A stretch of 64,000 nucleotides of DNA from Pristiophorus japonicus (Eukaryota): contig NC_091999.1 in NCBI RefSeq assembly GCF_044704955.1, forward strand, positions 52,328,001 through 52,392,000, in the 5' to 3' direction. This document shows, piece by piece, positions 26,218-38,550 of this stretch. The notes beneath the pieces were generated by a model. That model saw nothing but the letters and a program-made list of their open reading frames with translations, had not been told where the DNA came from and made no database searches. The position numbers were made by a program, and so were the translations under genes. Positions within the stretch are counted from its first letter, which is position 1; every line of letters starts with the position of its first letter.

Positions 26218-26289
26218 TCCTCGTTAGTATAGTGGTGAGTATCCCTGCCTGTCACGCGGGAGACCGGGGTTCAATTCGCCGATGAGGAG
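26218..26289 (+). tRNA. tRNA-Asp(GTC), near-canonical with 3'-stem mismatches
   Basis: TCCTCGTTAGTATAGTGGTGAGTATCCCTGCCTGTCACGCGGGAGACCGGGGTTCAATTCGCCGATGAGGAG. Confidence 0.85.
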
Positions 26290-26508
26290 GCAGTTGTTTT
26301 AAAATGCAAAGTTTTACTTTTGCTTCTTGGTATAGACTCATGTTAAAAAGTTCCAGCGTAATATAGAACAGTAAAAATACAGCAAGATCAGATTGCTACT
26401 TCCAGATTTTTAGCAAGCGGAGACTGTTTCAGGATTCTGTGGCCGTCTGCTGCACAGAAATGGATGACTGAGTTTTATCTGAGTAACACTTAAAGAGGCA
26501 GCGGACCA

Positions 26509-26590
26509 GTAGTTGTGGCCCAGTGGTTAAGACGATGGACGGAAAATCCATTGGGGTTTCCCCGTGCAGATTTGAGTCCGGCCGACTGCG
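26509..26590 (+). pseudogene. tRNA-Ser-body pseudogene with GAA anticodon
   Basis: ATGGA-CG-GAA-AA-TCCAT; Ser variable arm GGGGTTTCCCC; B box mutated. Confidence 0.8.
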
Positions 26591-26739
26591 TTTCTCAGCA
26601 TATTTCATTCTGTTTGATAATTTAACCAGGTTAATGCAAAACTGATTCTGAGATAGATGGAACAAAAGCCAGCCAAAGTAGCGACAGTGAACCTGCCTGT
26701 CTATCCATCTATTTGTATAAGGCACTCTGTGTATATCTT

Positions 26740-27446
26740 GATCTGGGTGTCATGGTACATCAGTCATTGAAAGTTGGCACGCAGGTGCAGCAGGTGGTGA
26801 AGAAGGCAAATGGCATGTTCGCCTTCATAGCTGGGTGATTTGAGTATAGGAGCAGGGAGGTCTGACTTCAGTTGTACAGAGCCTTGGTGGGGTCACACCT
26901 AGAATATTGTGTTTAGTTTTGTTCTCACAATCTGAGGAAGGACGTCCTTGCTATTGCGGGAGGACAGCGAAGATTCACTAGCTTGATATCCGGGATGGCA
27001 GGACTGACATATGAGGAGAGACTGGATCAACTGGGCTGGTATCCACTGGATTTTAGAAGAATGAGAGGCGCTCCCATAGAAATATGTAAAATTCTGACGA
27101 GATTGGACAGGTTAGAGGCGGGTTGAATGTTCCCATTGATGTGGAATTCGAGAACCAAGGGTGACAGTGTAAGAATAAGTGGTAAGGCATTTAGGACCGA
27201 AATGAGGAGAAACTTCTTCACTCTGGCATTCTCTACCGCAGAAAGTTGTTGAGGCCAGATCGTTAGATATATTCAAAACGGAGTTAGATATGGCCCTTAC
27301 GGCTAAAGGGATCAAGGGGTATGGAGAGAAAGCAGGAAATGGGTACTGAGGTTGAATGATCAGCCATGACCTAATTGAATGATGGTGCAGGCTCGAAGGG
27401 CCGATTGGCCTACTCCTGCAACTAATTTATTTGTTTCTATGTTTCT
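26740..27446 (+). mobile_element. 5'-truncated CR1 in the tRNA array (paralog of 38551-39250)
   Basis: RT 3' end plus (TTCTATGT)n tail; same insertion point in the unit as the 38.5-kb copy. Confidence 0.9.
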
Positions 27447-27892
27447 ATGTTGATGCGGGTATATTTTTGGTTATTGTGTGTGTGTGTGTGTCTGTGTATG
27501 TCTGTCTGTATTCATGTCTCTGTGTATGTGCAACTGTCTATGGAAATCATCACAATGAATTTGGTGCGTCCTGGAAATTCTAAAAAGCTTGGGGCAAATA
27601 ATACGGTTGTGATCTTTGGTATCGGCTTTGCTTCAGTGGCTCCATTCTCGACTGAATCAGGAGGTTGTGTGTGTCAGTCGCACTCCTGAGACTTGAGCAC
27701 GTCATCTTGGCTGACACTCAAATGCAGTGCTTGGGGAATTTTGCATTGTTGAAGCTGTTGACATTCGGATGAAATGATAAATTAAGCTTCATCTGCACCC
27801 TCGGGTGGATGTGAAAGGTCCCATAGCCTTCTCATGGTGTCCAGTTTATTCACAGCTCGAATATTGATTTGACAAAACCAATGCGCATCAAT

Positions 27893-27963
27893 TCCTCGTG
27901 GGAAAGTGGTGAATATCCCCGCCTGTCATAAGAGAGACCACGGTTCAATTCCCTAACGGGAAG
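27893..27963 (+). pseudogene. tRNA-Asp(GTC) pseudogene
   Basis: TCCTCGTGGGAAAGTGGTGAATATCCCCGCCTGTCA...GGTTCAATTCCC. Confidence 0.8.
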
Positions 27964-28171
27964 GCTGCATTTTACAAAAGGCAGAATTTTGCTTCTGCTT
28001 CTTGGTATAGATTCATATTAAAAAGTTCCAGAGCAATATAGAGCAGCAAAAATACAGCCTCTTCCAGATTTTTAGCAAACGGTGACTTTTTCACGATTCT
28101 GTGGCCGTCTGCTGCACAGAGATGGATGGTTGATTTTTAACTGAGTAACATTTAAAAAAGGCAGTGAGCCA

Positions 28172-28253
28172 GCAGTTGTGGCCCAGAGGTTAAGGCAATA
28201 GACTAAAAATCCATTCGGGTTTCCCCGCATAGATTTGAATCCTGCCGACTCCG
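28172..28253 (+). pseudogene. tRNA-Ser-body pseudogene with AAA anticodon
   Basis: ATAGA-CT-AAA-AA-TCCAT; B box GATTTGAATCC. Confidence 0.8.
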
Positions 28254-28910
28254 TTTCTCAGCATATTTCATTCTCTTTGACAATTTAACCAGGTCCCTGC
28301 AAAACTGATTCTGAGATAGACGGAACAACGTCCCACACCTTTCAATGCCGCCGCTGTTTTCTTTCTTTCATTAATCTGCAATATTCACGATACATACGGA
28401 TAGAAAATCGCAAAAATCAGCCAAAGTTGCGACAGTGATTCAGCCTGTCTATCCCTCGAGATGTCTAAGGCATCTGTGCATGTCCGTTGGCGCGTGTAAA
28501 TTTGTGTGTGTGTGTCTCTGTGTCTGTCTATCTGTAAAAATGTGCAACTGTCTGTGGAAATCATCACCATGAATTTGGTATGTCATGGAACTTAAAAAAA
28601 AGACTTGGGGAAAGTAATATGGCTGTGAACTTTTGTCTAAGCTTTGGTTCAGTGGCAGCATTCTTGACTGAATCAGGAGTTTGTGTGTTCAAGTCGCACT
28701 CCTGAGACTTGAGCACGTCATCTTGGCTGACACTCAAATGCAGTGCTTGGGGAATTTTGCATTGTTGAAGCTGTTGACATTCGGATGAAATGATAAATTG
28801 AAGCTTCATCTGCACCCTCGGGTGGATGTGAAAGGTCCCATAGCCTTCTCATGGTGTCCAGTTCTATTCACAGCTCGAATATTGATTTGACAAAACCCAT
28901 GCGCATCAAT

Positions 28911-28981
28911 TCCTCGTGGGAAAGTGGTGAATATCCCCGCCTGTCATAAGAGAGACCACGGTTCAATTCCCTAACGGGAAG
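28911..28981 (+). pseudogene. tRNA-Asp(GTC) pseudogene (duplicate of 27893)
   Basis: Essentially identical to the copy 1018 bp upstream. Confidence 0.8.
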
Positions 28982-29189
28982 GCTGCATTTTACAAAAGGC
29001 AGAATTTTGCTTCTGTTTCTTGGTATAGATTCATATTAAAAAGTTCCAGAGCAATATAGAGCAGCAAAAATACAGCCTCTTCCAGATTTTTAGCAAACGG
29101 TGACTTTTTCACGATTCTGTGGCCGTCTGCTGCACAGAGATGGATGGTTGATTTTTAACTGAGTAACATTTAAAAAAGGCAGTGAGCCA

Positions 29190-29271
29190 GCAGTCGTGGC
29201 CCAGAGGTTAAGGCAATAGACTAAAAATCCATTCGGGTTTCCCCGCATAGATTTGAATCCTGCCAACTCCG
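29190..29271 (+). pseudogene. tRNA-Ser-body pseudogene with AAA anticodon
   Basis: Duplicate of 28172. Confidence 0.8.
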
Positions 29272-30015
29272 TTTCTCAGCATATTTCATTCTGTTTGACA
29301 ATTTAACCAGGTCCCTGCAAAACTGATTCTGAGATAGACGGAACAACGTCCCACACCTTTCAATGCCGCCGCTGTTTTCTTTCTTTCATTAATCTGCAAT
29401 ATTCACGATACATACGGATAGAAAATCGCAAAAATCAGCCAAAGTTGCGACAGTGATTCAGCCTGTCTATCCCTCGAGATGTCTAAGGCATCTGTGCATG
29501 TCCGTTGGCGCGTGTAAATTTGTGTGTGTGTGTGTCTCTGTGTCTGTCCATCTGTAAAAATGTGCAACTGTCTGTGGAAATCATCAGCATGAATTTGGTA
29601 TGTCATGGAACTTAAAAAAAAGACTTGGGGAAAGTAATATGGCTGTGAACTTTTGTCTAAGCTTTGGTTCAGTGGCAGCATTCTTGACTGAATCAGGAGT
29701 TTGTGTGTTCAAGTCGCACTCCTGAGACTTGAGCATATAATCTTAGCTAACACTCAACTGCAGCACTTGGGGAATTTTGCATTGTTGAAACTGTTGACTT
29801 TCAGATGAAATGTTAAATTGAAGCTCCGTCTACGCACTTGGGTGGTTGTGAGAGGTCCCAGAGCATTACTTGAAAAAGAATAGAGAGTTGCCCCCGTGTC
29901 AATATTCCGAAAAATGTTCGGAAATGCTCCCTGAAACCCTATGTGTTTGTGTGTGTCTGTGGAGGTGGATTTGAAGCCCAGATTCTCACATAGACAGAAT
30001 CCAGTCGCTGACGGC

Positions 30016-30098
30016 ACCAGGATGGCCGAGTGGTTAATGCGTTGGTCTTAAGATCCAATGGGTTTATACCCGTGTGGGTTCGAACCCCACTCCTGGTA
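30016..30098 (+). tRNA. tRNA-Leu(TAA), best-preserved copy
   Basis: 83 nt; A box TGGCCGAGTGG, B box GGTTCGAACCC, TTGGT-CT-TAA-GA-TCCAA (one stem mismatch). Confidence 0.85.
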
Positions 30099-31307
30099 AT
30101 TATTTAATTAAACAGTGATATCTCCCATTCTGCTCAGTGATAACTGATTTTCAACTGTTGCATTTGCATTTTTCTGCAGCTCGGTGACAATCTGAGAAGA
30201 TAATGAAATGAAATAGTGAAATGTATCTGTATCGCTCAGTCTCTGCCTCTCGCTCTCTCTTTAGAGAGCTGTATATGTATTTGTGTGTTTGAGTCTTTGT
30301 CTCTCTCAGTCTGCCTCTCTCTGATTCACTCTGTCTGTCCCTGTTTCTCTGTTTGTCTCTGTCTCTCAATCTGTCTCCTTCACACGGTATCCAGTTCTGT
30401 TCCTATGGGATTCTGTCATACTCTCTGTCTGACTGTCTCGTTCTTTCCCATCATCTCTGTCTTTGCCTGTCTCTGCTCGTCCCTGTCTCTAACCTGATGA
30501 GTATTTCCATCATTTTCTGTTTTTGTCTCTATATCTCTCTCTCTCTATTTGTCTTTCTCTCTATCTGTCTCCCTCTTTGTCTCTCTCCTTGTCCCTGTCT
30601 TTATCTCACTCTTTCCCTCCCTCTCTTTATAAATCACACAAACACATCTCTGTATATGTAAGTGTTTGAGTCTTTGGCTCATTCAGTCTGACCCTAACTC
30701 TCAGTCTCAAACTTTCTGTCTCTCTCTGTCTCTACCTCGCTGTCTGTTTCTCCCTGTTTCGCTGTTTGTCTCTGTCTCTCAATGTGCCTGTCTTTTTCTC
30801 ACGGTGTCCAGTTGTGTTCCAATGGGATTCTCTCAGTCTCTCTGTCTGACTGTCTCACTCTTTCCCGTCATCTCTGTCTATCTATGTATCTGCCTGCCTG
30901 TCTCTCTTTGCCTGTCGCTGGTAGTTCCTCTCTCTAACCTGCTGAGAATTTCCAACATTTTCTTTTTATTTCTTTGTCTCTCTGTCTATCTGTCGCTCTC
31001 TCTCCATCTGTCTCTCTCCTTGTCACTGTCTTTATGATTGTCTTTCTCTCACTCTTTCCCTCTTTCTCTTTATTGATATCACACACACAGATCTCTTTAG
31101 ATGTATGTGTTTAAGAGTCTTTTTCTCACTCAGTCTGCCTCTCGTTTTCAGTCTCACACTTGCTGTCTCTCGTTGTCTCGATCTCGCTGTCTGTCTCTCC
31201 CTGTTTGTCGGTTTGTCTCTGTCTCTCAATGAGTCTGTCGACTTCTCATGGTGTCCAGATCTATTCACAGCTCGAATATTGCTTTGACAAAACCCATACG
31301 CATCAAT

Positions 31308-31378
31308 TCCTCGTGGGAAAGTAGTGAATATCACCGCCTGTCACACGGGAGACCACGGTTCAATTCCCTAACGGGGAG
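31308..31378 (+). pseudogene. tRNA-Asp(GTC) pseudogene
   Basis: ...CGCCTGTCACACGGGAGACCACGGTTCAATTCCC; D arm degenerate. Confidence 0.8.
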
Positions 31379-31585
31379 GCTGCATTTTACAAAAGGCAGA
31401 ATTTTGCTTCTGTTTCTTGGTATAGATTCATATTAAAAAGTTCCAGAGCAATATAGAGCAGCAAAAATACAGCCTCTTCCAGATTTTTAGCAAACGGTGA
31501 CTTTTTCACGATTCTGTGGCCATCTGCTGCACAGAGATGGATGGTTGAGTTTTAACTGAGTAACATTTAAAAAGGCAGCGAGCTA

Positions 31586-31667
31586 GTAATCGTCGCCCAG
31601 TGGTTAAGGCCATAGACGAAAAATCTATTCGGGTTTCCCCGCATAGATTTGAATTCAGCCACCTCCG
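31586..31667 (+). pseudogene. tRNA-Ser-body pseudogene with AAA anticodon
   Basis: ATAGA-CG-AAA-AA-TCTAT (fully paired stem); B box mutated. Confidence 0.75.
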
Positions 31668-32422
31668 TTTCTCAGCATATTTCATTCTGTTTGACAATTT
31701 AACCAGGTCCCTGCAAAACTGATTCTGAGATAGACGGGACAACGTCCCACACCTTTCAATTCCGCCGCTGTTTTCTTTCTTTCATTAATCTGCAATATTC
31801 ACGATACATACGGATAGAAAATCGCAAAAATCAGACAAAGTTGCGACAGTGATTCAGCCTGTCTATCCCTCGAGATGTCTAAGGCATCTGTGCATGTCCG
31901 TTGGTGCGTGTACATTTTTGTGTGTGTGTCTCTGTGTCTGTCTATCGGTAAAAATGTCTATGTGTATGTGCAACTGTCTGTGGAAATCATCACCATGAAT
32001 TTGGTATGTCCTGGAACTTAAAGAAAAGACTTGGGGAAAGTAATATGACTGTGAACTTTTGTCTCAGCTTTGGTTCAGTGGCAGCATTCTTGACTGAATC
32101 AGGAGTTTGTGTGTTCAAGTCGCACTCCTGAGACTTGAGCATATAATCTTGGCTAACACTCAACTGCAGCACTTGGGGAATTTTGCATTGTTGAAACTGT
32201 TGACTTTCGGATGAAATGTTAAATTGAAGCTCCGTCTGCGCACTCGGGTGATTGTGAGAGGTCCCAGAGCATTACTCGAAAAAGAATAGGAGAGTTGCCC
32301 CCGTGTCAATATTCCGAAAAATGTTCGGAACTGCTCCCTGAAACCCGATGTGTTTGTGTGTGTCTGTGGAGGTGGAGTTGAAGCCCAGATTCTCACATAG
32401 ACAGAATCCAATCGCTGACGGC

Positions 32423-32505
32423 ACCAGGATGGCCGAGTGGTTAAGGTGTTGGGCTTAAAATCCACTGGGTTTATACCTGCGTGGGTTCGAACCCCACTCC
32501 TGGTA
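32423..32505 (+). tRNA. tRNA-Leu(TAA) variant or possible pseudogene
   Basis: Intact A and B boxes and acceptor stem; CT-TAA-AA loop; anticodon-stem mismatch. Confidence 0.8.
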
Positions 32506-33713
32506 ATTACTTAATTAAATAGAGATTTCTCCCATCCTGCTCAGTGATAACTGATTTTCATCTGTTGCATTTGCATTTTTCTGCAGCTCGGTGACAATCT
32601 GAGCAGATAATGAAATGAAATAATGAAATGTATCTGTACCGCTCAGTCTCTGTGTCTCGCTCTCTCTTTAGAGAGCTGTATATGTATTTGTGTGTTCGAG
32701 TCTTTGTCTGTCTCAGTCTGCCTCTCTCTGATTTACTCTGTCTGTCCCTGTTTCTCTGTTTGTCTCTGTCTCTCAATCTGTCTCCTTCACACGGTATCCA
32801 GTTCTGTTCCAATGGGACTCTGTCATACTCTCTGTCTGACTGTCTCGTTCTTTCCCATCATCTCTGTCTGTCCATGTCTTTGCCTGTCTCTGCTCGTCCC
32901 TGTCTCTAACGTGATGAGTATTTCCATCATTTTCTGTTTTTGTCTCTATGTCTCTCTCTCTCTATTTGTCTTTCTCTCTATCTGTCTCCCTCTTTGTCTC
33001 TCTCCTTGTCCCTGTCTTTCTCTCACTCTTTCCCTCCCTCTCTTTATAAATCAGACAAACACATCTCTGTATATGTATGTGTTTGACTCTTTGCCTCACT
33101 CAGTCTGACCCTCCCTCTCAGTCTCAAACTTTCTGTCTCTCTCTGTCTCTATCTCGCTGTCTGTCTCTCCCTGTTTCGCTGTTTGTCTCTGTCTCTCAAT
33201 GTGCCTGTCTCTTTCTCACGGTGTCCAGTTGTGTTCCAATGGGATTCTCTCAGTCTCTCTGTCTGACTGTCTCACTCTTTCCCATCATCTTTGTCTATCT
33301 ATGTCTCTGCCTGCCTGTCTCTCTTTGCCTGTCCCTGGTAGTTCCTGTCTCTAACGTGCTGAGAATTTCCACCATTTTCTTTTTATATCTTTGTCTCTTT
33401 GTCTATCTGTCGCTCTCTCTCCATCTGTCTCTCTCCTTGTCACTGTCTTTATCATTGTCTTTCTCTCACTCTTTCCCTCTTTCTCTTTATAGATCACACA
33501 CACAGGTCTCTTTATATGTATGTGTTTGAGAGTCTTTTTCTCACGCAGTCTGCCTCTCGTTTTCAGTCTCACACTTGCTGTCTCTCGTTGTCTCGATCTC
33601 TATGTCGGTCTCTCCCTGTATGTCGGTTTTTCTCTGTCTCTCAATGTGTCTGTCGACTTCTCATGGTGTCCAGTTCTACTCACAGCTCCAATATTGCTTT
33701 GACAAAACCCACT

Positions 33714-33785
33714 TCCTCGTGAGAAAGTGGTGTGTATCCCCACACGTCACGCTGGAGACCACGGTTCAATTCCCTAAATGGGAAG
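33714..33785 (+). pseudogene. tRNA-Asp pseudogene
   Basis: Degenerate Asp body at the expected position in the unit. Confidence 0.7.
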
Positions 33786-34002
33786 TTGCATTTTACAAAA
33801 GGCAGAATTTTGCTTGTTTCTTGGTATAGATTCATATTAAAACGTTCGAGAGCAATATCGAACAGCAAAAATACAGGTAGAGGTGATTGTCTCTTCTAGA
33901 TATTTATCAAATGGAAACTTTTTCTGGATTCTTTGACCGTCTGCTGCACAGAGATGGATGACAGTGTATTTTCTGAGTAACGTTGAACGAGGTAGTAACG
34001 CA

Positions 34003-34085
34003 GCAGTCGTGGCAGAGTGGTTAAGACGATGGACTAGTAATGCATGCTGTTTTAGCCGCTCAGGCTCGAATCCTGCCAAATATTA
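34003..34085 (+). pseudogene. tRNA-Ser-body pseudogene with AGT anticodon
   Basis: ATGGA-CT-AGT-AA-TGCAT; 3' acceptor strand degraded. Confidence 0.75.
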
Positions 34086-34849
34086 TTTTCAACATTTTTC
34101 GTTCCATTTCACAATTTAACCAGGTCTCTGCCAAAACAGTTCCTGACATAGAAGGAATAACGTCCCATACCTTTCAACACTGACATTTTTTTCATATTTT
34201 TATTAATCTGCAATATTCACGATTTATACGGATAGAAAAACACAAAAATCAGCTAAATTTGCGACAGTGATTCAGCCTGTCTATCCCTCTATTTGTCGAA
34301 GGCATCTCTGCATGTCCGTTGGTCCGTGTAAATTTTTGGTGATGTGTGTGTGTGGGTCTCTGTGTCTTTCTATCTCGATATATGTCTCTGTGCATGTGCA
34401 ACTGTCTGTGGAAATCATCACCATTAATTTGGTAAGTCCTGGAACTTAAAAACAGACTTGGGGAAAGTAATTCGGCTGTGAACTTTTGTCTCTGCTTTGG
34501 TTCAGTGGCAGCATTCTCGACTGATTCAGGAGTTTGTGTGTTCAAGTCGCACTCCTGAGACTTGAGCATATAATCTTGGCTAACACTCAACTGCAGCACT
34601 TGGGGAATTTTGCATTGTTGAAGCGGTTGACTTTCGGATGAAATGTTAAATTGAAGCTCCGTCTGCACCCTCGGGTGGATGTGAGAGGTCACAGAGCATT
34701 ACTCCAAAAAGAATAGGAGAGTTGCCCCTGTGTCAATATTGCTAAAAATGATTGGAAATGCTCCCTGAAACCCTTCGTATTTGTGTGTGTCTGTGGGGGT
34801 GGAATTGAAGCCCAGATTCTCACAGAGACAGAATCCAATCGCTGACGCG

Positions 34850-34932
34850 ACCAGGATGGCCGAGTGGTTAATGCGTTGGGCTTAAGATCCAATGGGTTTA
34901 TACTCGAGTGGGTTCATATCCCACTCCTGGTA
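34850..34932 (+). pseudogene. tRNA-Leu(TAA) pseudogene
   Basis: B box mutated (GGTTCATATCC). Confidence 0.8.
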
Positions 34933-36121
34933 ATTGCTTAATTAAACAAATGTATTTTTTTCCCCATCCTGCACAGTGATACCCGATTTTCATTTGTTGC
35001 ATTTGCATTTTTCTGTAGCTCGGTGACACTCTGAGCAGATAATGAAATGAAATTGTGAAATGTATCTGTGTCGCTGTGTCTCTGCCCCTCTCTCTTTAGA
35101 AAGCTGTGTATGTGTTTGTGTATTTGAGTCTTTGTCTCTATCAGTCTGCCTCTCTCTGATTCACTCTGTCTATCCCTTTTACTCTGTTTGCCTCTGTCTC
35201 TCAATCTGTCTCTTTCTGATGGTGTCAAGTTCTGTTCCAAATGGATTCTCTCAGACTCTCTGTCTGACTGTCTCTCTCTTTCCATCATCTCTGTCTGTCC
35301 ATGTATTTGCCTGTCTCTGTTACTCCCTGCCTCTAACCTGATGAGTATTTCCATCATTTTCTGTTTTTGCCTCTTTGTCTCTCTCTCTCTCTATCTGTCT
35401 TTCTCTCTATCTATCTCCCTCTTTGTCTCTCTCTTTGTCCCTGGCTTTTTCTTGTCATTCCATCACTATTTGCCTCCCTCTCTTTTTGGAGCACGCAAAC
35501 ACATCTCTGTGTACGTGTTTTCAAGTCTTTGTCTCACTGAGTCTGACCCTCCGTCTCAGTCTCAAACTTCCTGTCTCTCTCTGTCTCTATCTCACTGTCT
35601 GTCACTCCCTGTTTTCCTGTTTGTCTCTGTTTCTCACGGTGTCCAGTTCTGTTCCAATCGGATTCTCTCAGTCTCTCTTTCTGACTGTCTCACTCTTTCC
35701 CATCATCTCTGTCTGTCTATGTCTCTGCCTGTCCGTCTCTCTTTGTCTGTCGCTGTTAGTCCCTGTCTCTATCCTGATAAGTATTTCCATCATTTTCAGT
35801 TTTTTCTCTATATCTCTCTCTCTATCTGTATCTCTCCTTGTCACTGTCTCTATCATTGTCTTTCTCTCATTCTATCCCTCTCTCTCTTTATAGATCACAC
35901 ATACAAACCTCTGTATCTCGATGCGTTTGAGTCTTTTTCTCACTCAGTCTGCCTCTCCTTCTCAGTCTCACACTTTCTGTCTCTCGTTGTGTCTATCTCG
36001 CTGTCTGTCTCTCCCAGTTTGTCGGTTTGTCTCTGTCTCTCAATGTGTCTGTCGACTTCGCATGTTGTACTGTTCTGTTCACAACTCGATTCCTGCTCTG
36101 ACAGAACTGATACTCGTCAGT

Positions 36122-36192
36122 TTCTCGTTAGTATAGTGGTGAGTATCTCAGCCTTTCATGCGGAAGAGCGGGGTGCAATTCATTGCAGGGAG
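36122..36192 (+). pseudogene. tRNA-Asp-body pseudogene with TTC anticodon
   Basis: TTCTCGTTAGTATAGTGGTGAGTAT..GC-CT-TTC-AT-GC; T arm degenerate. Confidence 0.75.
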
Positions 36193-36411
36193 GCCGTTTT
36201 TTCAAAATGCATAATTTTACTTCTGTTTCTTGGTATAGATCCATGTTATCAAGTTCCAGAGCAAGAAAGAACAATAAAAATACAGATAGAGGAGATTGCC
36301 TCTTCCAGATTTTTAGCAAATGGAAACTTTTTCAGGATTCTTTGGACGTCTGCTGCACAGAGATGGATGACTGCATTTTTTCTGCGTAACGTTTAAAGAG
36401 GCAGCAACGCA

Positions 36412-36493
36412 GTCGTCGTGGCCGCGTGGTTAATGCGATGAACTAGAAATCCATTGGGTGTTTCACATGCAATTTCGAATCCTGCCGACTTTG
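36412..36493 (+). pseudogene. tRNA-Ser(AGA) pseudogene
   Basis: CT-AGA-AA loop; several stem mismatches. Confidence 0.75.
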
Positions 36494-37256
36494 ATACTCA
36501 GTATCTTTCATTGCATTTCATAATTTAACCATGTTTCGACAAAACTGATCCTGAGATAGGTGAATTAACCTCCCACACCATTCAACAATGACATCTCTTT
36601 CTGATTTTTATTAATCTGCAATATTAAAGATACATACGGATAGAAAAACGCAAAAAGCTGTCAAAGTTGCTACAGTGATTCAGCCTGTCTATCATTCTAA
36701 ATGTCTAAGGCATCTGTGCATCTCCGTTGGTGCGTGTAAATTTTAGGTTATGTGTGTGTGTGTATGTCTCTCTCTCTCTCTGTCTATCTGTATATATGTC
36801 TCTGTGTATGTGCAACTGTCTGTGGAAACCATCACCATGAATGTGGTATGTCCTGGAACTAATAAAAAAGAATTGGGGAAAATAATACGGTTGTGAACTT
36901 TGGTATCGGCTTTGGTTCAGTGGCAGCAGTCTCGACTGAATCAGGAGTTTGTGTGTTCAAGTCGCACTCCTAAGACTTAAGCATATAATCTTGGCTAACA
37001 CTCAAGTGCAGCACTTGGGGAATTTTGCATTCTTGAAGCTGTTGACGTTCGGATGAAATGTTAAATTGAAGTTCCGTCTGCACCCTCGGGTGGATGTGAA
37101 AGGTCCCAGACCCTTACTCGAAAAAGAATAGGAGAGTTGCGTACGTGTCAATATTACGAAAAATGTTCGAAAATGCTGACTGAAACCCGATGTGTATGTG
37201 TGTGTCTGGAGTTAAAGCCCAGATTTTCATAGAGACAGAATCCGGATACTGACAGG

Positions 37257-37309
37257 ATGAGGATGGACGAGTGGTTAATGCTTCGGACTTGAGATCCTCA
37301 GTCTTGGTA
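37257..37309 (+). pseudogene. tRNA-Leu pseudogene, internally deleted
   Basis: GGATGGACGAGTGGTTAA...CTTGGTA at the expected position in the unit. Confidence 0.6.
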
Positions 37310-37955
37310 ACCCCATAATTTAACGCAGTTTGTTTCCCATCCTGCTCAGTGATACCCGATTTGAATCTGCATTTGTCTGTGGCACTCTGAGCCGATAATG
37401 AAATGAACTTGTGAAAAGTATCTGTATCGTTGAGTCTCTGCCTTTCTCTCTCTCTTTAGAGAGCTTTGTGTGTGTTTGAGTCTCTGACTCACCCTGTTTC
37501 TCTGTTTGTCTCTCTTTCTTTCTCACGGTGTCCAGTTCTGTTCCAATGGGTTTCTCTCAGACTCTCTGTCTGACTGTCTCTCTCTTTCCGATCATCTCTC
37601 TTTGACAGCCTGTCTCTAACCTGCTGAATATTTCCATCATTTTCTATTGATATCTCTGTCCCTCTCTCTCTATTTGTCTCTCTCCTTGTCATTGTATTTT
37701 TCACTCTTTCCCTCTCTCTCTTTATAGAGCACACAGGCACATCTCTGTATATGTGTGTGTTTGAGTCATTTTTTCACTCAATCTGCCTCTCCTTCTTAGA
37801 CTCACACTTTATGACTCTCGTTGTCTCTATCTCGTTGTCTGTCTTTCCCTGTTTATCGGTTTGTCTCTGTCTCTCAATGTGTCGGTCGGCTTCTCATGGT
37901 GTCCACTTCTGTTCATAGCTCAATTCCGGGTCTGACAGATGCAATATCTGTCAGC

Positions 37956-38027
37956 TCCTCGTTAGTATAGTGGTGAGTATCCCCGCCTGTCACCCGAGAC
38001 ACCGGGGTTCAATTCCACGACGAAGAG
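37956..38027 (+). pseudogene. tRNA-Asp(GTC) pseudogene or variant
   Basis: 5' half canonical; 3' anticodon stem and acceptor stem mismatched. Confidence 0.8.
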
Positions 38028-38246
38028 GCAGTTGTTTCAAAATGTAGAATTTTACTTTTGTTTCTTGGTACAGACCTATGATAAAAAGTTCCAGTGTAAT
38101 ATAGAACAGTAAAAATATAGCAAAAGCAGATTTCATCTTCCAGATTGTTCGCAAACGAAGACTGTTTCAGGATTCTGTGGCCGTCTGCTGCCCAGAGATG
38201 GATGACTGAGTTTTATCTGAGTAACATTTAAAGAGGCAGCGGACCA

Positions 38247-38327
38247 GTAGTTGTGGCCGAGTGGTTAAGACGATGGACAAAAATCCATTGGGGTTTCCCC
38301 GCGCAGATTTGAATCATGCTGAATACG
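38247..38327 (+). pseudogene. tRNA-Ser-body pseudogene with 6-nt anticodon loop
   Basis: ATGGA-CAAAAA-TCCAT; B box mutated. Confidence 0.75.
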
Positions 38328-38550
38328 TTTCTCAGCATATTTCATTTTGTTTGACAATTTAACCAGATTCATGCAAAACTGATTCTGAGATAGATGGAAC
38401 AACTTCCCACACCTTTCAACACAGCTGCTGATTTCTTACTTTCATTAAGCTGCAATATTCACGATACATACGGATAGAAAAACGCAAAAGCCAGCCAAAG
38501 TAGCGACAGTGAACCTGCCTGTCTATCCCTCTATTTGTCTAAGGCACTCT

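Noticed and set aside
30216-36396. Ser/Leu/Cys-rich ORFs up to 402 aa
   Set aside because: They are translations of the low-complexity CT-rich spacer of the tRNA unit.
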